Shown one piece after another: positions 39,604 to 49,818 of a stretch of DNA of 64,000 bases (its first letter is position 1; each line of letters begins with the position of its first letter). Both the position numbers and the translations under genes were made by a program. Below the pieces are notes generated by a model. It had not been told where the DNA came from. It did no database searches and worked only from the letters and a program-made list of their open reading frames with translations. Location: contig JAFTSG010000011.1 in assembly GCA_017467445.1 (NCBI GenBank), forward strand, positions 24,017 to 88,016, read 5' to 3'. This DNA comes from Clostridia bacterium (lineage in GTDB: Bacteria; Bacillota; Clostridia; RUG12999).

Positions 39604-40235
39604 TATTGTTCCCCTTTTCCTTCTGCTAATTGTTTTTTAATTTTTTCAAGTTCCACATTAAGTCTGCAAAGTTCCATAGATACCGGGTCGGGAATGTGTA
39701 CCTGGTCAAGTTCAGAAACACGAAGCCCGTTGATTTTAACCGGTTTTGCCGGAACGCCAACGCAAGTGGTGTTGGGCGGCACTTCGCTGAGTACAACTGC
39801 ATTTGCCGCAATTTTTGAATTATCTCCAACGGTGAACGGACCAAGTATTTTTGCGCCCGCACCAATCATAACATTCCTGCCGATGGTAGGATGACGTTTT
39901 CCAACATCTTTACCCGTACCGCCAAGCGTTGCGTTCTGGTATATTGTACAGTTATCTCCAACCTCGGCAGTTTCGCCGATTACAACACCGCTGCCGTGGT
40001 CAATAAACACGCCTTTCCCAATTTTTGCACCGGGGTGAATTTCAATTCCTGTCCAGAACTTTGTGCACTGTGAAATCATTCTGGCAAGGAAATATCGTTT
40101 ATGTTTGTAAAGCCAGTGCGCAGGGCGGTGCCACATTACTGCGTGAAGCCCCGGATAGAGCATAAATATCTCAAACGCGTTTCTTGCCGCCGGGTCACGG
40201 TCTTTAATTGCCTGTATATCATATCTTAATCCCAA
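39603..40235 (-). CDS. cysE: serine O-acetyltransferase
   Basis: 210 aa with an N-terminal SATase helix region and left-handed beta-helix hexapeptide repeats (IHPGAKIGKGVFIDHGSGVVIGETA). Confidence 0.9.
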   Translation of the reverse strand: MGLRYDIQAIKDRDPAARNAFEIFMLYPGLHAVMWHRPAHWLYKHKRYFLARMISQCTKFWTGIEIHPGAKIGKGVFIDHGSGVVIGETAEVGDNCTIYQNATLGGTGKDVGKRHPTIGRNVMIGAGAKILGPFTVGDNSKIAANAVVLSEVPPNTTCVGVPAKPVKINGLRVSELDQVHIPDPVSMELCRLNVELEKIKKQLAEGKGEQ

Positions 40236-40249
40236 GATTTGTCACCTCT

Positions 40250-41068
40250 TTAAATTTCCGTTATTATACCTGCCATAAGCGCGGAAAACTTTTCTCCTGA
40301 TTTGTTTGCGGTTTCAATTACCTCTTCTTCGGTAAGTTTATTTTTGGAAATTCCTGCCGCATAGTTTGTTATACACGAGATGCCAAGCACTTTAAGTCCG
40401 CAGTGCGCCGCCGTAATTACCTCCGGCACGCTTGACATACCAACCGCATCCGCGCCAAGAATTCCAAGTGCTCTTATTTCTGCAGGTGTTTCGTAAGACG
40501 GTCCCGGCATAAAAGCGTATACACCCTCTTTTATGTCTATGCCCTGTTTTTCCGCTACCGATTTTGCTTTTGCAATAAGTTCTTTATTGTAAGCTTCCGA
40601 CATATCGTTAAATCTCGGTCCAAGCTCGCTCACGTTTTCACCGCGAAGCGGTGAGTCGTCAAAAAACTTTATATGGTCTGTTATAATCATCAAATCGCCG
40701 GGGTTAAAACACCCCGTTATCCCTCCGGTTGCATTTGTTATTATCAAATTTTTGATGCCAAGCACTTTAAACGCGCGCACATAAAACGACACGTCTTTCA
40801 TACTGTAGCCTTCGTAAAAATGAAACCTGCCCGACATACAAAGCACGCACTTTTCGCCAATTTTGCCGTATATCAGTTTTCCTGCGTGGCCGGGCGCTGT
40901 TGATACCGGAAATCCCGGTATTTCCTGATACGGAATTTCACATTTGTCCTGAAGAAGTCCTGCAAAAAGCCCCAGTCCCGAGCCAAGCACAACTGCCGTA
41001 TCCGGAACCTTTTCAATTTTTGATGTTATATATCCTGCGGCCTTGCGCACTAAATCCATATATTCCAT
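40250..41068 (-). CDS. punA: purine nucleoside phosphorylase (PunA/trimeric PNP family)
   Basis: 272 aa with the motifs SGRFHFYEG and GPSYETPAE. Confidence 0.85.
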   Translation of the reverse strand: MEYMDLVRKAAGYITSKIEKVPDTAVVLGSGLGLFAGLLQDKCEIPYQEIPGFPVSTAPGHAGKLIYGKIGEKCVLCMSGRFHFYEGYSMKDVSFYVRAFKVLGIKNLIITNATGGITGCFNPGDLMIITDHIKFFDDSPLRGENVSELGPRFNDMSEAYNKELIAKAKSVAEKQGIDIKEGVYAFMPGPSYETPAEIRALGILGADAVGMSSVPEVITAAHCGLKVLGISCITNYAAGISKNKLTEEEVIETANKSGEKFSALMAGIITEI

Positions 41069-41077
41069 ATTTACTCC

Positions 41078-41632
41078 CTATTTACTGCTTTTTAAAACAC
41101 TTACGTTTTTAACAAGATAGTCTATTCCCGAAAACACGGTTACCAAGCATACCGCATAAATAAGTATATCCGCTATGCTAAGTGTTCCAATTAATTCTGC
41201 ATATATCCCCGTATCAACCGGAAGAAGCATCAGGCTTATTACCACCAGCTGAAGAACGGTTTTTATTTTTCCCCACATGCTTGCGGCAATAACTGTTCCG
41301 TCTGCCGCTGCAACAAGACGTATTCCCGTAACAACAAATTCGCGTACTGTTATTATGAAGAGCACCCATACGGAAACAAGCCCATTTCCTACAAATACGC
41401 AAAGTGCCGCCGTTACAAGGAGTTTATCTGCAAGAGGGTCAAGAAATTTGCCGAATGCGGAAATCATATTATATTTTCGTGCAATTCGTCCGTCAACATA
41501 ATCTGTAATCGATGCAATTACAAACACAGCAAATGCCACCCATGCTGCCGCCACTCCGTTTGTAAGAGCTGCCGTAATAAACACAGGGATAAGACATATT
41601 CTGCTTATAGTAAGTTTATTTGCAATATTCAT
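41078..41632 (-). CDS. pgsA: CDP-diacylglycerol--glycerol-3-phosphate 3-phosphatidyltransferase
   Basis: 184 aa with the CDP-alcohol phosphatidyltransferase motif DYVDGRIARKYNMISAFGKFLDPLADK. Confidence 0.85.
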   Translation of the reverse strand: MNIANKLTISRICLIPVFITAALTNGVAAAWVAFAVFVIASITDYVDGRIARKYNMISAFGKFLDPLADKLLVTAALCVFVGNGLVSVWVLFIITVREFVVTGIRLVAAADGTVIAASMWGKIKTVLQLVVISLMLLPVDTGIYAELIGTLSIADILIYAVCLVTVFSGIDYLVKNVSVLKSSK

Positions 41633-42968
41633 CCGCTGTCCCCTCCAAATCGTATTCGCTTGCCTTTGTTATTGTAACGAAAGCAAACTCACCGATTTTT
41701 GCATTTTTTGATTTGAATATTACCATACCGTCAACATCGGGAGAATCTCCCTCACTTCTGCCGGCAAAGATATTTCTTTTTATCTCTTCTTCCGCAAGAA
41801 CTTTTATTGTTTTTCCAATTTTGGATTTATTTTTTTCGAGCGAAATTTCCTGACCGAGTGCCATAAGCGCATCACGGCGTGTTTCTTTTACTTCTTCATC
41901 TATCTGGTCTTCCATTTCAGCAGCAGGTGTGCCCTCTTCCCTTGAATATGCAAATACGCCGATTTTATCAAGCTCGGTATCGTTTACAAATTTCATAAGG
42001 GTTTCAAAATCTTCTGCACTTTCGCCGGGAAACCCTGTAATAAACGTACTTCTTATTGTTATATCGGGCATAGCCATGCGGAGTTTTTCAATAAGATTTC
42101 TGTAATCTTCCTCACGTCCGCGACGTCCCATCCTGCGGAGCACATCATCTGATGCGTGTTGGAACGGAATATCTATGTATTTACAAACCTTTTTGCTGTT
42201 TGCCATCACAGAAATAAGTTCGTCCGTAACGGATTCGGGATAGCAATAGTGCAGTCTTATCCATTCAACACCGTCTATTTTGTCAAGTTCACTAACAAGC
42301 TCGGCAAGTTTTTTCTTCCCATAGATGTCAATGCCATACATTGTTGTATCCTGCGCAATAACAATAAGCTCTTTATATCCTTTTTCTGCAAGGCTACGCG
42401 CTTCCGCAAGGATATCCTCCATTTTTCTGCTGCGGTATTTTCCGCGAAGTGACGGAATTACACAATAGCTGCAGTGGTTGTTACAACCGTCGGCAATTGC
42501 AAGATATGCACTTGCGCTGCCTGTTGAAATAACTCTTGGCAGATTTTCGGGTGCCACTATATTAATATCATTCTTGTGGGTTACTCTTTCGCCGAGTACT
42601 GTATCGTCAATAATTTTCTTTATTTCAAAATAGCTTCCCGTACCGACAACGGCGTCCACCTCGGGCAGCTCATTCAAAATATCTTCTGTATATCTTTCGG
42701 CAAGGCAGCCTGTTACAATAAGCTTTTTAAGACCGCCGCCGTCTTTATACTGACCCATTTCAATTATTGTTTCAATGGATTCCTGTTTTGCGCTTTCAAT
42801 AAAACCGCAGGTGTTTACTATTATTATATCCGCATCCGCCGGGTTTGTTACTATTTCATACTCCGGCACGAGCAGTCCAATCATTGTTTCGGTTACGGTA
42901 AGGTTTTTGGGACATCCCAAAGACACAAATCCAATTTTATTCTTCACTTTCTTTCCCTCCGGCGTCAT
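41616..42968 (-). CDS. rimO: ribosomal protein S12 methylthiotransferase RimO
   Basis: 450 aa with the N-terminal VSLGCPKN, the radical-SAM CNNHCSYC and a C-terminal TRAM domain. Confidence 0.9.
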   Translation of the reverse strand: MTPEGKKVKNKIGFVSLGCPKNLTVTETMIGLLVPEYEIVTNPADADIIIVNTCGFIESAKQESIETIIEMGQYKDGGGLKKLIVTGCLAERYTEDILNELPEVDAVVGTGSYFEIKKIIDDTVLGERVTHKNDINIVAPENLPRVISTGSASAYLAIADGCNNHCSYCVIPSLRGKYRSRKMEDILAEARSLAEKGYKELIVIAQDTTMYGIDIYGKKKLAELVSELDKIDGVEWIRLHYCYPESVTDELISVMANSKKVCKYIDIPFQHASDDVLRRMGRRGREEDYRNLIEKLRMAMPDITIRSTFITGFPGESAEDFETLMKFVNDTELDKIGVFAYSREEGTPAAEMEDQIDEEVKETRRDALMALGQEISLEKNKSKIGKTIKVLAEEEIKRNIFAGRSEGDSPDVDGMVIFKSKNAKIGEFAFVTITKASEYDLEGTADEYCK

Positions 42969-43560
42969 TTATGGCACTTATTATATCGCCTATTGTATAG
43001 CCTTTTGAATAAAGTTTTCGTTTTAGTTTATCTATATGTTTTTTATCGCGCACGGGCATTTTTGCAAATTCTTTTTCTACAAGGGCTTTTAAATTTTCTT
43101 CTTCGGATTCATCCGTATCTGCAAGAAGAGCGTCAATAATATCGGCAGATATTCCTTTTGATTTAAGTGTCATCCGTATTTTTGCCGCACCCTGTTTTCT
43201 AAGGGAAAGCGCGTCCGCCACATAAGCTTTCGCATACGCCGCATCGTTTAAAAAGCCTTTTTCTTCAAAAAAGTCCGCCGCCTTAAGTACTGCTGTTCTT
43301 TCAAACCCTTTTTGAACAAGCTTCATTTCAAAATCATATCTTGATTTCATAGATGCGCTCAGCATTCTTGCGCCCGCACGTTTTGCACCCTGCAGCTGTG
43401 AAAGGTGTTTTATTTCGGACAAAAACTCATCCGAAACCTCATCACCTTTTCGGATTGACATTTTATATACGGTTTCATCATCAATATCGCATATGTACTC
43501 ACCATCAACCCACACATCAAAGGTGCCTTTTTTATTAAACTTAAGCTCTGTGATTATCAT
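42937..43560 (-). CDS. recX: recombination regulator RecX
   Basis: A 207-aa helical-repeat protein directly downstream of recA, overlapping its stop. Confidence 0.8.
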   Translation of the reverse strand: MIITELKFNKKGTFDVWVDGEYICDIDDETVYKMSIRKGDEVSDEFLSEIKHLSQLQGAKRAGARMLSASMKSRYDFEMKLVQKGFERTAVLKAADFFEEKGFLNDAAYAKAYVADALSLRKQGAAKIRMTLKSKGISADIIDALLADTDESEEENLKALVEKEFAKMPVRDKKHIDKLKRKLYSKGYTIGDIISAINDAGGKESEE

Positions 43561-44600
43561 TCTTCTGTTTCGGCTTCTTTGATAAGACCGAGATTTGTTC
43601 TTACCATTGTTTCGATTTCGTCCATAATTTCGGCATTGTCAATAAGGAACTGTTTTGCATTGTCACGTCCCTGACCGATTTTTGCACCCTGATATGCAAA
43701 CCATGCGCCACTCTTTTCAATTATTCCGCAATTAACCGCATAGTCAAGAATTTCGCCGGCTTTTGAAATACCGCCGCCGTACATAATATCAAATTCGGTA
43801 TCTTTGAACGGAGGTGCCATTTTGTTTTTAACAACCTTAACCTTTGTTCTGTTACCGATAATTCCTGCCTGACTTTTGATTGCTTCGCCTTTTCTTATTT
43901 CCATACGAACGGATGCATAGAATTTAAGTGCACGTCCGCCTGTTGTTGTTTCGGGATTTCCGAACATTACGCCAACTTTTTCACGAAGCTGATTGATGAA
44001 AATAACTATTGTATTTGATTTATTAATTACGCCTGTAAGTTTACGGAGTGCCTGTGACATCAGTCGTGCCTGCAGGCCTATGTAAGAATCACCCATTTCG
44101 CCTTCGATTTCACTTTTCGGAACAAGTGCCGCAACAGAGTCGATTACAATTACGTCAATTGCACCGCTTCGTGTAAGCATTTCGGCAATTTCAAGCGCCT
44201 GTTCACCTGTATCCGGCTGTGAAAGAATAAGATTATCAACATCAACACCGAGTTTTCTTGCATATTCGGGGTCAAGTGCGTGTTCAGCATCAATAAATGC
44301 TGCTTCTCCGCCAAGCTTTTGCGCTTCCGCAATAACGTGAAGTGCAACTGTTGTTTTACCGGAGGATTCCGGTCCGTATATTTCAATAATTCTTCCTCTC
44401 GGTACGCCGCCAATTCCGAGCGCTGCGTCGATACCGATAGAACCTGTTGATACAACCTCAATATCAGGAATTCCTTTTTCGCCAAGACGCATAACCGCAC
44501 CTTTACCAAACTGTTTTTCCATTTGCGCAAACATTGCGTCAAGAGCTTCTTTCTTCTGTTTATCGTCTGTTACATAATTAAGTCTTTTTACGTCTTTCAT
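43557..44600 (-). CDS. recA: recombinase RecA
   Basis: 347 aa with Walker [10 protein letters not shown] and the RecA signature ALKFYASVR. Confidence 0.97.
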   Translation of the reverse strand: MKDVKRLNYVTDDKQKKEALDAMFAQMEKQFGKGAVMRLGEKGIPDIEVVSTGSIGIDAALGIGGVPRGRIIEIYGPESSGKTTVALHVIAEAQKLGGEAAFIDAEHALDPEYARKLGVDVDNLILSQPDTGEQALEIAEMLTRSGAIDVIVIDSVAALVPKSEIEGEMGDSYIGLQARLMSQALRKLTGVINKSNTIVIFINQLREKVGVMFGNPETTTGGRALKFYASVRMEIRKGEAIKSQAGIIGNRTKVKVVKNKMAPPFKDTEFDIMYGGGISKAGEILDYAVNCGIIEKSGAWFAYQGAKIGQGRDNAKQFLIDNAEIMDEIETMVRTNLGLIKEAETEE

Positions 44601-45841
44601 TTGTTTTCACCTTTCTTATCTATTCTTTGAATTACCATTTTTAACACATTTTTTACAGTTCTTCCCCGTACCTTATCCCTGCTTCCGTCGAGTTTAAGTT
44701 TTTCGCATATTGTGCCGCCGTTATCGGCAAGTGCAATATACACAAGACCCACCGGTTTTTCGGCACTTCCGCCGCCGGGTCCCGCAATTCCCGTTACCGA
44801 AACGGCTATGTCGGCGCCGGATGCCGCTCTTGCACCCTCTGCCATTTCTTTTGCCGTCTCACTGCTTACGGCACCGTAGTCCGCAAGCGTTTTATCTTTA
44901 ACACCAAGCATTTTCATCTTGGCACAGTTTGCATATGTCACATATCCGCTGCCGAATATTTCCGAGCTTCCAGCTACGGATGTTATTTCCGATGCTATAA
45001 GTCCGCCCGTACAGGATTCCGCAGTTGATATTGTAAGTTTTTTCTGTATAAGCTTTTTCACAAGCGCCTCTACAAGAGTTGTGTCGTCCTCGCCGTATAT
45101 ATACTCGCCAAGTCTTGCATAAATTTCTTTTGCAACCGGCTCAATAAGCTTATCTGCCTCATCTTCGGATTCTGCCATTGCAGTTATACGAAGCTCGGAT
45201 TCTCCCTCTTTTGCATATGGTGCAACAGTCGGGTTTTCACCTTCCATAAGGTCTGTTACTTCCGCCGCCATATTCGATTCGCCTATATCAACCATTTTAA
45301 GTGTTCTTGATTTTATAATGCTGCCTGTTTTTTCTTTCAGCCACGGTTTTACTTCATTCTCAAACATTGGGTTCATTTCTTTCGGCGGTCCCGGAAGAAG
45401 AATTGCCGTTTTTTCGCCATTTTCTATAATAAGTCCCGGTGCAGTACCGCAGTTGTTTTCAAGAATTATGCAGCCCTCCGGCATATATGCCTGCTTTTCG
45501 TTGGTTTCGTTCATTTCCCTGCCCATACGGTCAAAATATCCTTTTATTCTGTCAAGCGAGGGCTGATGGAGTACCAGTTTTTTGCCGAAATATTCTGCTA
45601 TTATCTCTTTTGTAAGGTCATCCTTTGTAGGTCCGAGTCCGCCCGTTAAAATAACAAGGTCCACTCTTTTATACGCATCTTTAATTGCATCTTTAAGACG
45701 GCCGGGATTGTCGCCCACCACCGTCTGATAATACACAATTACGCCGCAATCCGAAAGTCCTGCCGCCAAATCGCGTGCGTTTGTATTAACTATCTGACCA
45801 AGCAAAAGTTCTGTTCCAACAGCTATTATTTCAGCTTTCAT
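44597..45841 (-). CDS. cinA: competence/damage-inducible protein CinA (PncC-type)
   Basis: 414 aa with an N-terminal MoCF-biosynthesis-like domain and a C-terminal CinA domain. The cinA-recA order is conserved. Confidence 0.9.
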   Translation of the reverse strand: MKAEIIAVGTELLLGQIVNTNARDLAAGLSDCGVIVYYQTVVGDNPGRLKDAIKDAYKRVDLVILTGGLGPTKDDLTKEIIAEYFGKKLVLHQPSLDRIKGYFDRMGREMNETNEKQAYMPEGCIILENNCGTAPGLIIENGEKTAILLPGPPKEMNPMFENEVKPWLKEKTGSIIKSRTLKMVDIGESNMAAEVTDLMEGENPTVAPYAKEGESELRITAMAESEDEADKLIEPVAKEIYARLGEYIYGEDDTTLVEALVKKLIQKKLTISTAESCTGGLIASEITSVAGSSEIFGSGYVTYANCAKMKMLGVKDKTLADYGAVSSETAKEMAEGARAASGADIAVSVTGIAGPGGGSAEKPVGLVYIALADNGGTICEKLKLDGSRDKVRGRTVKNVLKMVIQRIDKKGENK

Positions 45842-45862
45842 TTATTGTATCAATCCTTTAAG

Positions 45863-46076
45863 AGCCGAGGGGAATCAAACCCCATAAGCCTTTATTTTGT
45901 TATTTTTTATTCTTGACTTTTCCCTATGTTTAAAGGTCGAAGAGTTTTAAACCTTTAAATTTTGATGGAAGACAAAGAAAACCCAAAAATAATACTCGCG
46001 TATATTTGCAGGGTTTTCTGCAGTATTACGCAAAATTTATGGTTTAAAACCTTGTGGGGTTGGGTTCCACTCGGCT
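45863..46076 (+). repeat. 214-bp MITE-like element, copy 1
   Basis: Terminal inverted repeats are AGCCGAGGGGAATCAAACCCCATAAGC and CCTTGTGGGGTTGGGTTCCACTCGGCT. It is homologous to 54481-54694 and, in part, to 63701-63778. It has no ORF. Confidence 0.85.
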
Positions 46077-46507
46077 CAGAACATTATAAATCCTATTGCA
46101 AGTCCGAGTGCCGCACCCGCAAACACTTCAAGCGGTGTATGTCCAACAAGTTCTTTCAGCTCTCTGCCAAAATCCGTACCGTCATCAATCCAGTTTTCAA
46201 CCATTTGATTGATTATCTTTGCCTGCTCACCTGTTTCTCTTCGGACACCAGCCGCATCGTACATTACTATTGCTGCAAGTACAAAGCACATTGCAAAAAG
46301 CACGCTTGCCGCGCCCTCGGTTCTTCCAACAGCTACCGCAAGTGCGGTTACCATTGCAGAATGTGAACTGGGCATTCCGCCCGCACCTATCATTCTGCTT
46401 ATATTAAGTTTACGTTTAAGCAAAAGGTCAATTGCTACTTTGAGAAGTTGCGCAACAAACCAAGCAAGAAGCGCACATCCAAGTATTTTATTACTGAATA
46501 TCCCCAT
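46076..46507 (-). CDS. divergent PAP2-family membrane protein (DUF212-like)
   Basis: 143 aa with GGMPSSHSA and a later GHTP motif. The stop codon abuts the MITE-like end. Confidence 0.7.
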   Translation of the reverse strand: MGIFSNKILGCALLAWFVAQLLKVAIDLLLKRKLNISRMIGAGGMPSSHSAMVTALAVAVGRTEGAASVLFAMCFVLAAIVMYDAAGVRRETGEQAKIINQMVENWIDDGTDFGRELKELVGHTPLEVFAGAALGLAIGFIMF

Positions 46508-46523
46508 AAGCTCCCCCTATGTA

Positions 46524-47402
46524 TTAGTGATTTCTTTCAGCAAGCCAGAGTGCCAGCCACGCAAGAAAATCGCCGTATTCATTTATTCCCAAAACGGCAG
46601 CAGCCGCTTCTTCGGAAAGAGTCTTTACCATTTCTTTTGATTTTTTAATACCGCAAGCGGTAACAAATGTTGACTTGCCGCTTTCTGCATCGCTGCCGAT
46701 GGGTTTACCAAGCACATCCCCGTCGCCCTCAACATCAAGAATATCATCTTTTATCTGAAATGCAAGTCCGATGTTTTTTGCATAAAGCTCAAGTTTATTC
46801 TTAAGCTCTTCGTCTGCACCGCCGATGACGGCACCCATAAGACAAGATGCTTTTATAAGCGCGCCTGTTTTATGCTGCTGAAGATACACAAGCTCGTCAT
46901 ATCCTATTTCTTTGTTTTCGGCTTCCATATCAACAACCTGTCCGCCAAGCATTCCATCGGGACCCGCGCATATCGACATAAGCTTAAGCGCATCCCATGT
47001 TTTATCGCCTGCCACGGCATTTTTAAGCACTGTTTCAAAAGCAAGGCCGAGCAGTCCGTCGCCTGCAAGAATTGCCATGGCCTCGCCGTATTTTTTATGG
47101 TTTGTCGGTTTGCCGCGCCTGAAATCGTCGTTATCCATTGCAGGCAAATCGTCATGAATGAGTGAATATGCGTGTATCATTTCAATAGCTGCCGCAAACG
47201 GATATGCGTCTTCCGCCTTGCCTCCTGCCATCATGCACGACATAAGCGTAAGCACGCCGCGTATTCTTTTGCCGCCGCCGAGTGCACTGTAGCGCATTGC
47301 TTCGTAAATGGTTTTTTCGTAAGTGTCACGAAGCGGCAGATATTTATCAAGGCACTTTTCAACCACCGCGGCAGTTTCTTTTAGCCTTTGCAAATTATCC
47401 AA
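46524..47402 (-). CDS. ispA: (2E,6E)-farnesyl/geranyl diphosphate synthase
   Basis: 292 aa with the Asp-rich motifs IHDDLPAMDNDDFRRG and KDDILD. It follows xseA-xseB as in Bacillus. Confidence 0.9.
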   Translation of the reverse strand: MDNLQRLKETAAVVEKCLDKYLPLRDTYEKTIYEAMRYSALGGGKRIRGVLTLMSCMMAGGKAEDAYPFAAAIEMIHAYSLIHDDLPAMDNDDFRRGKPTNHKKYGEAMAILAGDGLLGLAFETVLKNAVAGDKTWDALKLMSICAGPDGMLGGQVVDMEAENKEIGYDELVYLQQHKTGALIKASCLMGAVIGGADEELKNKLELYAKNIGLAFQIKDDILDVEGDGDVLGKPIGSDAESGKSTFVTACGIKKSKEMVKTLSEEAAAAVLGINEYGDFLAWLALWLAERNH

Positions 47403-47404
47403 AG

Positions 47405-47629
47405 TTATTCCTCCATTTTTGTTTCAGTAATTTCCCCTTCGCTAGTTTTAAGAAGCAGGCTTACTTTTTTCTCTGCTGTATCAAGAATTTTGTTACATTC
47501 TTTTGTAAGCTTTACTCCTTTTTCAAAAAGCTCCATTGCTTCATCAAGGGGAGTTTGTCCGTTATCAAGTTTTCTTACTGTATCGCCAAGCTCCTGCAGT
47601 AATTCTTCAAATGTTTTCTTTTCAGCCAT
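47405..47629 (-). CDS. xseB: exodeoxyribonuclease VII small subunit
   Basis: 74 aa, helical, with FEELLQEL..V..L. It lies immediately after xseA. Confidence 0.85.
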   Translation of the reverse strand: MAEKKTFEELLQELGDTVRKLDNGQTPLDEAMELFEKGVKLTKECNKILDTAEKKVSLLLKTSEGEITETKMEE

Positions 47630-48844
47630 TTATTTTTCCGCCTTTCTGATGTTTTCAACCTTTGCGCCAAACTCTCCGTCGGAAAGTTTAACTGTTACCG
47701 TATCGCCTTTTTCTACATCTGCCGTTTTAACAAGCGGTTTTCCTTCTTTGCCGAATGTGATGGAATATCCTCTTGACAAAACTGCCAGCGGACTTAATGC
47801 TTCAAGTCCCGCCGCCTGCATTTTATGCTGCTGCTGTTTTCTTTCAAGAAGTATGTTCATACTTTTTGAAATGTTTTCCATATATTCGTCTATTTTAATT
47901 TTCTTATCTTCAATTCCTGTTTTAAACCCGTCAAAAATGCGGTCTAAGCTAAGTGCTTCAAGCTGCAGTTTTTTCTGTTGTTTGTTATTCTTAAGCCCTG
48001 CCGCCAGCTTTTCCGCCGCAGTTTCAAGACGTTTTTTAAGTTCAGCTGAATCGGTTGCTACGCGTTCCGCCGCTTCCGACGGTGTTGCCGCGCGAAGGTC
48101 GGCTACAAAATCTGCAATTGTAAAATCAATTTCGTGACCGACCGCCGATATAACAGGAAGCTCGGATGCCGCAATACATCTTGCCACACCCTCGTCATTA
48201 AACGCCCACAAATCTTCAATAGAGCCGCCACCCCTGCCGGTGATTATAACATCAACACTTTTTGTTTTGTTGAAATATTCTATACCTTCAATAATCTGCG
48301 GGGGTGCATCCTCTCCCTGAACAAGCGCGGGATAAATATACACCTGTGCATATTTACATCTTCTGCCGATTATGTTAAGCATATCACGGATTGCCGCGCC
48401 GGTAGGCGATGTTACAATACCAATTCTTTCAGGAAAATGCGGAATCGGTTTTTTCCTTGCCGCATCAAACAGACCCTCGGCGGCAAGCTTCTTTTTAAGC
48501 TCTTCAAACGCAAGATGCAAGTCGCCAAGCCCGTCTTTTTCCATTTCGGTTATGTACGCCTGATATCCACCCATCGGTTCATACACTCTGATACTGCATT
48601 TTACGGTAACCTTCATTCCATTTTCGGGCTTAAACAAAAGTCCCGCCGCACTGCCTTTAAACATTACTGCGTTTATTACCGAATTTTCATCTTTAAGCGT
48701 AAGATACAGATGACCCGACGTATGTGCTTTAAAGTTTGATATTTCACCTTTAAGCCATATGTTTTTAAGAGCAAAATCCGATTCGATTATGTTTTTAATA
48801 TAGCTATTAAGTTGTGTTATGGTAAAAATATTTTTTTCTTCCAT
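47630..48844 (-). CDS. xseA: exodeoxyribonuclease VII large subunit
   Basis: 404 aa with an N-terminal OB fold (WLKGEISNFK.H.SGH.YL.LKD) and a catalytic core with GRGGGS.EDLW.FN. Confidence 0.9.
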   Translation of the reverse strand: MEEKNIFTITQLNSYIKNIIESDFALKNIWLKGEISNFKAHTSGHLYLTLKDENSVINAVMFKGSAAGLLFKPENGMKVTVKCSIRVYEPMGGYQAYITEMEKDGLGDLHLAFEELKKKLAAEGLFDAARKKPIPHFPERIGIVTSPTGAAIRDMLNIIGRRCKYAQVYIYPALVQGEDAPPQIIEGIEYFNKTKSVDVIITGRGGGSIEDLWAFNDEGVARCIAASELPVISAVGHEIDFTIADFVADLRAATPSEAAERVATDSAELKKRLETAAEKLAAGLKNNKQQKKLQLEALSLDRIFDGFKTGIEDKKIKIDEYMENISKSMNILLERKQQQHKMQAAGLEALSPLAVLSRGYSITFGKEGKPLVKTADVEKGDTVTVKLSDGEFGAKVENIRKAEK

Positions 48845-48853
48845 AAGTATCCT

Positions 48854-49309
48854 TTATTCCTTGTCGCCATCCTCTGCCTCGCCGATTTTGCCAAGCACAC
48901 CGTTTGTAAAGGATGCGGCAGGTGCCATATCATAAGTTTTTACAATTTCAACCGCTTCGTTTATTGATACGCGGCGCGGAATGTCTTCCATATACAGAAT
49001 TTCATAAACTGCAAGACGCATTGCGCTTATACACACATTTGAAATTCTGCTTTTTTTCCAGCCTTTTGAATTTTCTTCAATAACGGCATCAATATCCGGT
49101 ATATTTTCAATAACGCCGGATACCGCCTTGCGGATATATTCTACATCCACCGGCTTAAATTCTGTTTCGCCAAGCTCGGTGTCCATTTCGGCAAAAGCTT
49201 CCTCGCCTACGAAAATCCATCTGAACACGTATTTGAATGCAAGGTCCCTTGCTGTTCTTCTGTTAAAATTCAGTATTTCACCAAATTCGCCAATCTGCGC
49301 TGTTTTCAT
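48854..49309 (-). CDS. nusB: transcription antitermination factor NusB
   Basis: 151 aa with the RRTARDLAFKYVF N-terminus. The asp23-nusB...xseA order is conserved. Confidence 0.85.
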   Translation of the reverse strand: MKTAQIGEFGEILNFNRRTARDLAFKYVFRWIFVGEEAFAEMDTELGETEFKPVDVEYIRKAVSGVIENIPDIDAVIEENSKGWKKSRISNVCISAMRLAVYEILYMEDIPRRVSINEAVEIVKTYDMAPAASFTNGVLGKIGEAEDGDKE

Positions 49310-49327
49310 GCGCTTCCCTCCGTTTAT

Positions 49328-49374
49328 AAAAAAAGCGACCTACCCGGATATTCAGTTATCTTAGGTATGTCGCC
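49328..49374 (-). terminator. terminator/attenuator between asp23 and nusB
   Basis: On the minus strand, the hairpin GGCGACATACC..GGGTAGGTCGC is followed by T7. Confidence 0.55.
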
Positions 49375-49402
49375 TTTAATGCTTTAAGTTTACAAAGTAC
49401 AA

Positions 49403-49810
49403 TTATTCGGCTTCTTCCGCCGCAGTTTCTTCCACCACAGGCTGCTGCTCCTCGGGGAACTGAACGCCGTCAACACACACGTTTACCTTATCAACCGTAA
49501 GTCCCGTCATACTTTCAACAACGGTTTTAACGTTTTCCTGAATCTGCCATGCGATTTCCGGAATTCTTACGCCGAAACGGATTACAGTGTGCAGTGTAAT
49601 GCTGACGTTTTCGTTTTTAATGTCGGCATTTACACCTTTAACACCCGTTTTTCTGCTTACCATAGCAACAAGTGATTCTACCACGTTACTTGTAAGCCCT
49701 ATAACACCGTCAATATTTTTTATTGCTTTTTCTGCCAGAAGTCCGATTACTTCTTCCGATATTTTTACGTTACCTAATTCATTTAAATTTTTTTCTTCGT
49801 TCATCTTCAT
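49403..49810 (-). CDS. Asp23/Gls24-family envelope stress protein
   Basis: 135 aa reading ISEEVIGLLAEKAIKNIDGV...V.V.V, which is typical of Asp23. Confidence 0.85.
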   Translation of the reverse strand: MKMNEEKNLNELGNVKISEEVIGLLAEKAIKNIDGVIGLTSNVVESLVAMVSRKTGVKGVNADIKNENVSITLHTVIRFGVRIPEIAWQIQENVKTVVESMTGLTVDKVNVCVDGVQFPEEQQPVVEETAAEEAE

Positions 49811-49818
49811 TACCTCCG

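Noticed and set aside
45962-46366. ORFs crossing the MITE-like copies: 45962-46366, 54542-54787, 54624-54806 and 63058-63771.
   Set aside because: They start or end inside the repeat, or run antisense to real genes (the PAP2-like gene and ispD). No coding frame is consistent between copies.
47388-48137. A 249-aa plus-strand ORF.
   Set aside because: It lies entirely antisense to xseB/xseA. It has a low-complexity Ser/Phe-rich composition and no RBS. It is a shadow ORF of a well-supported gene.
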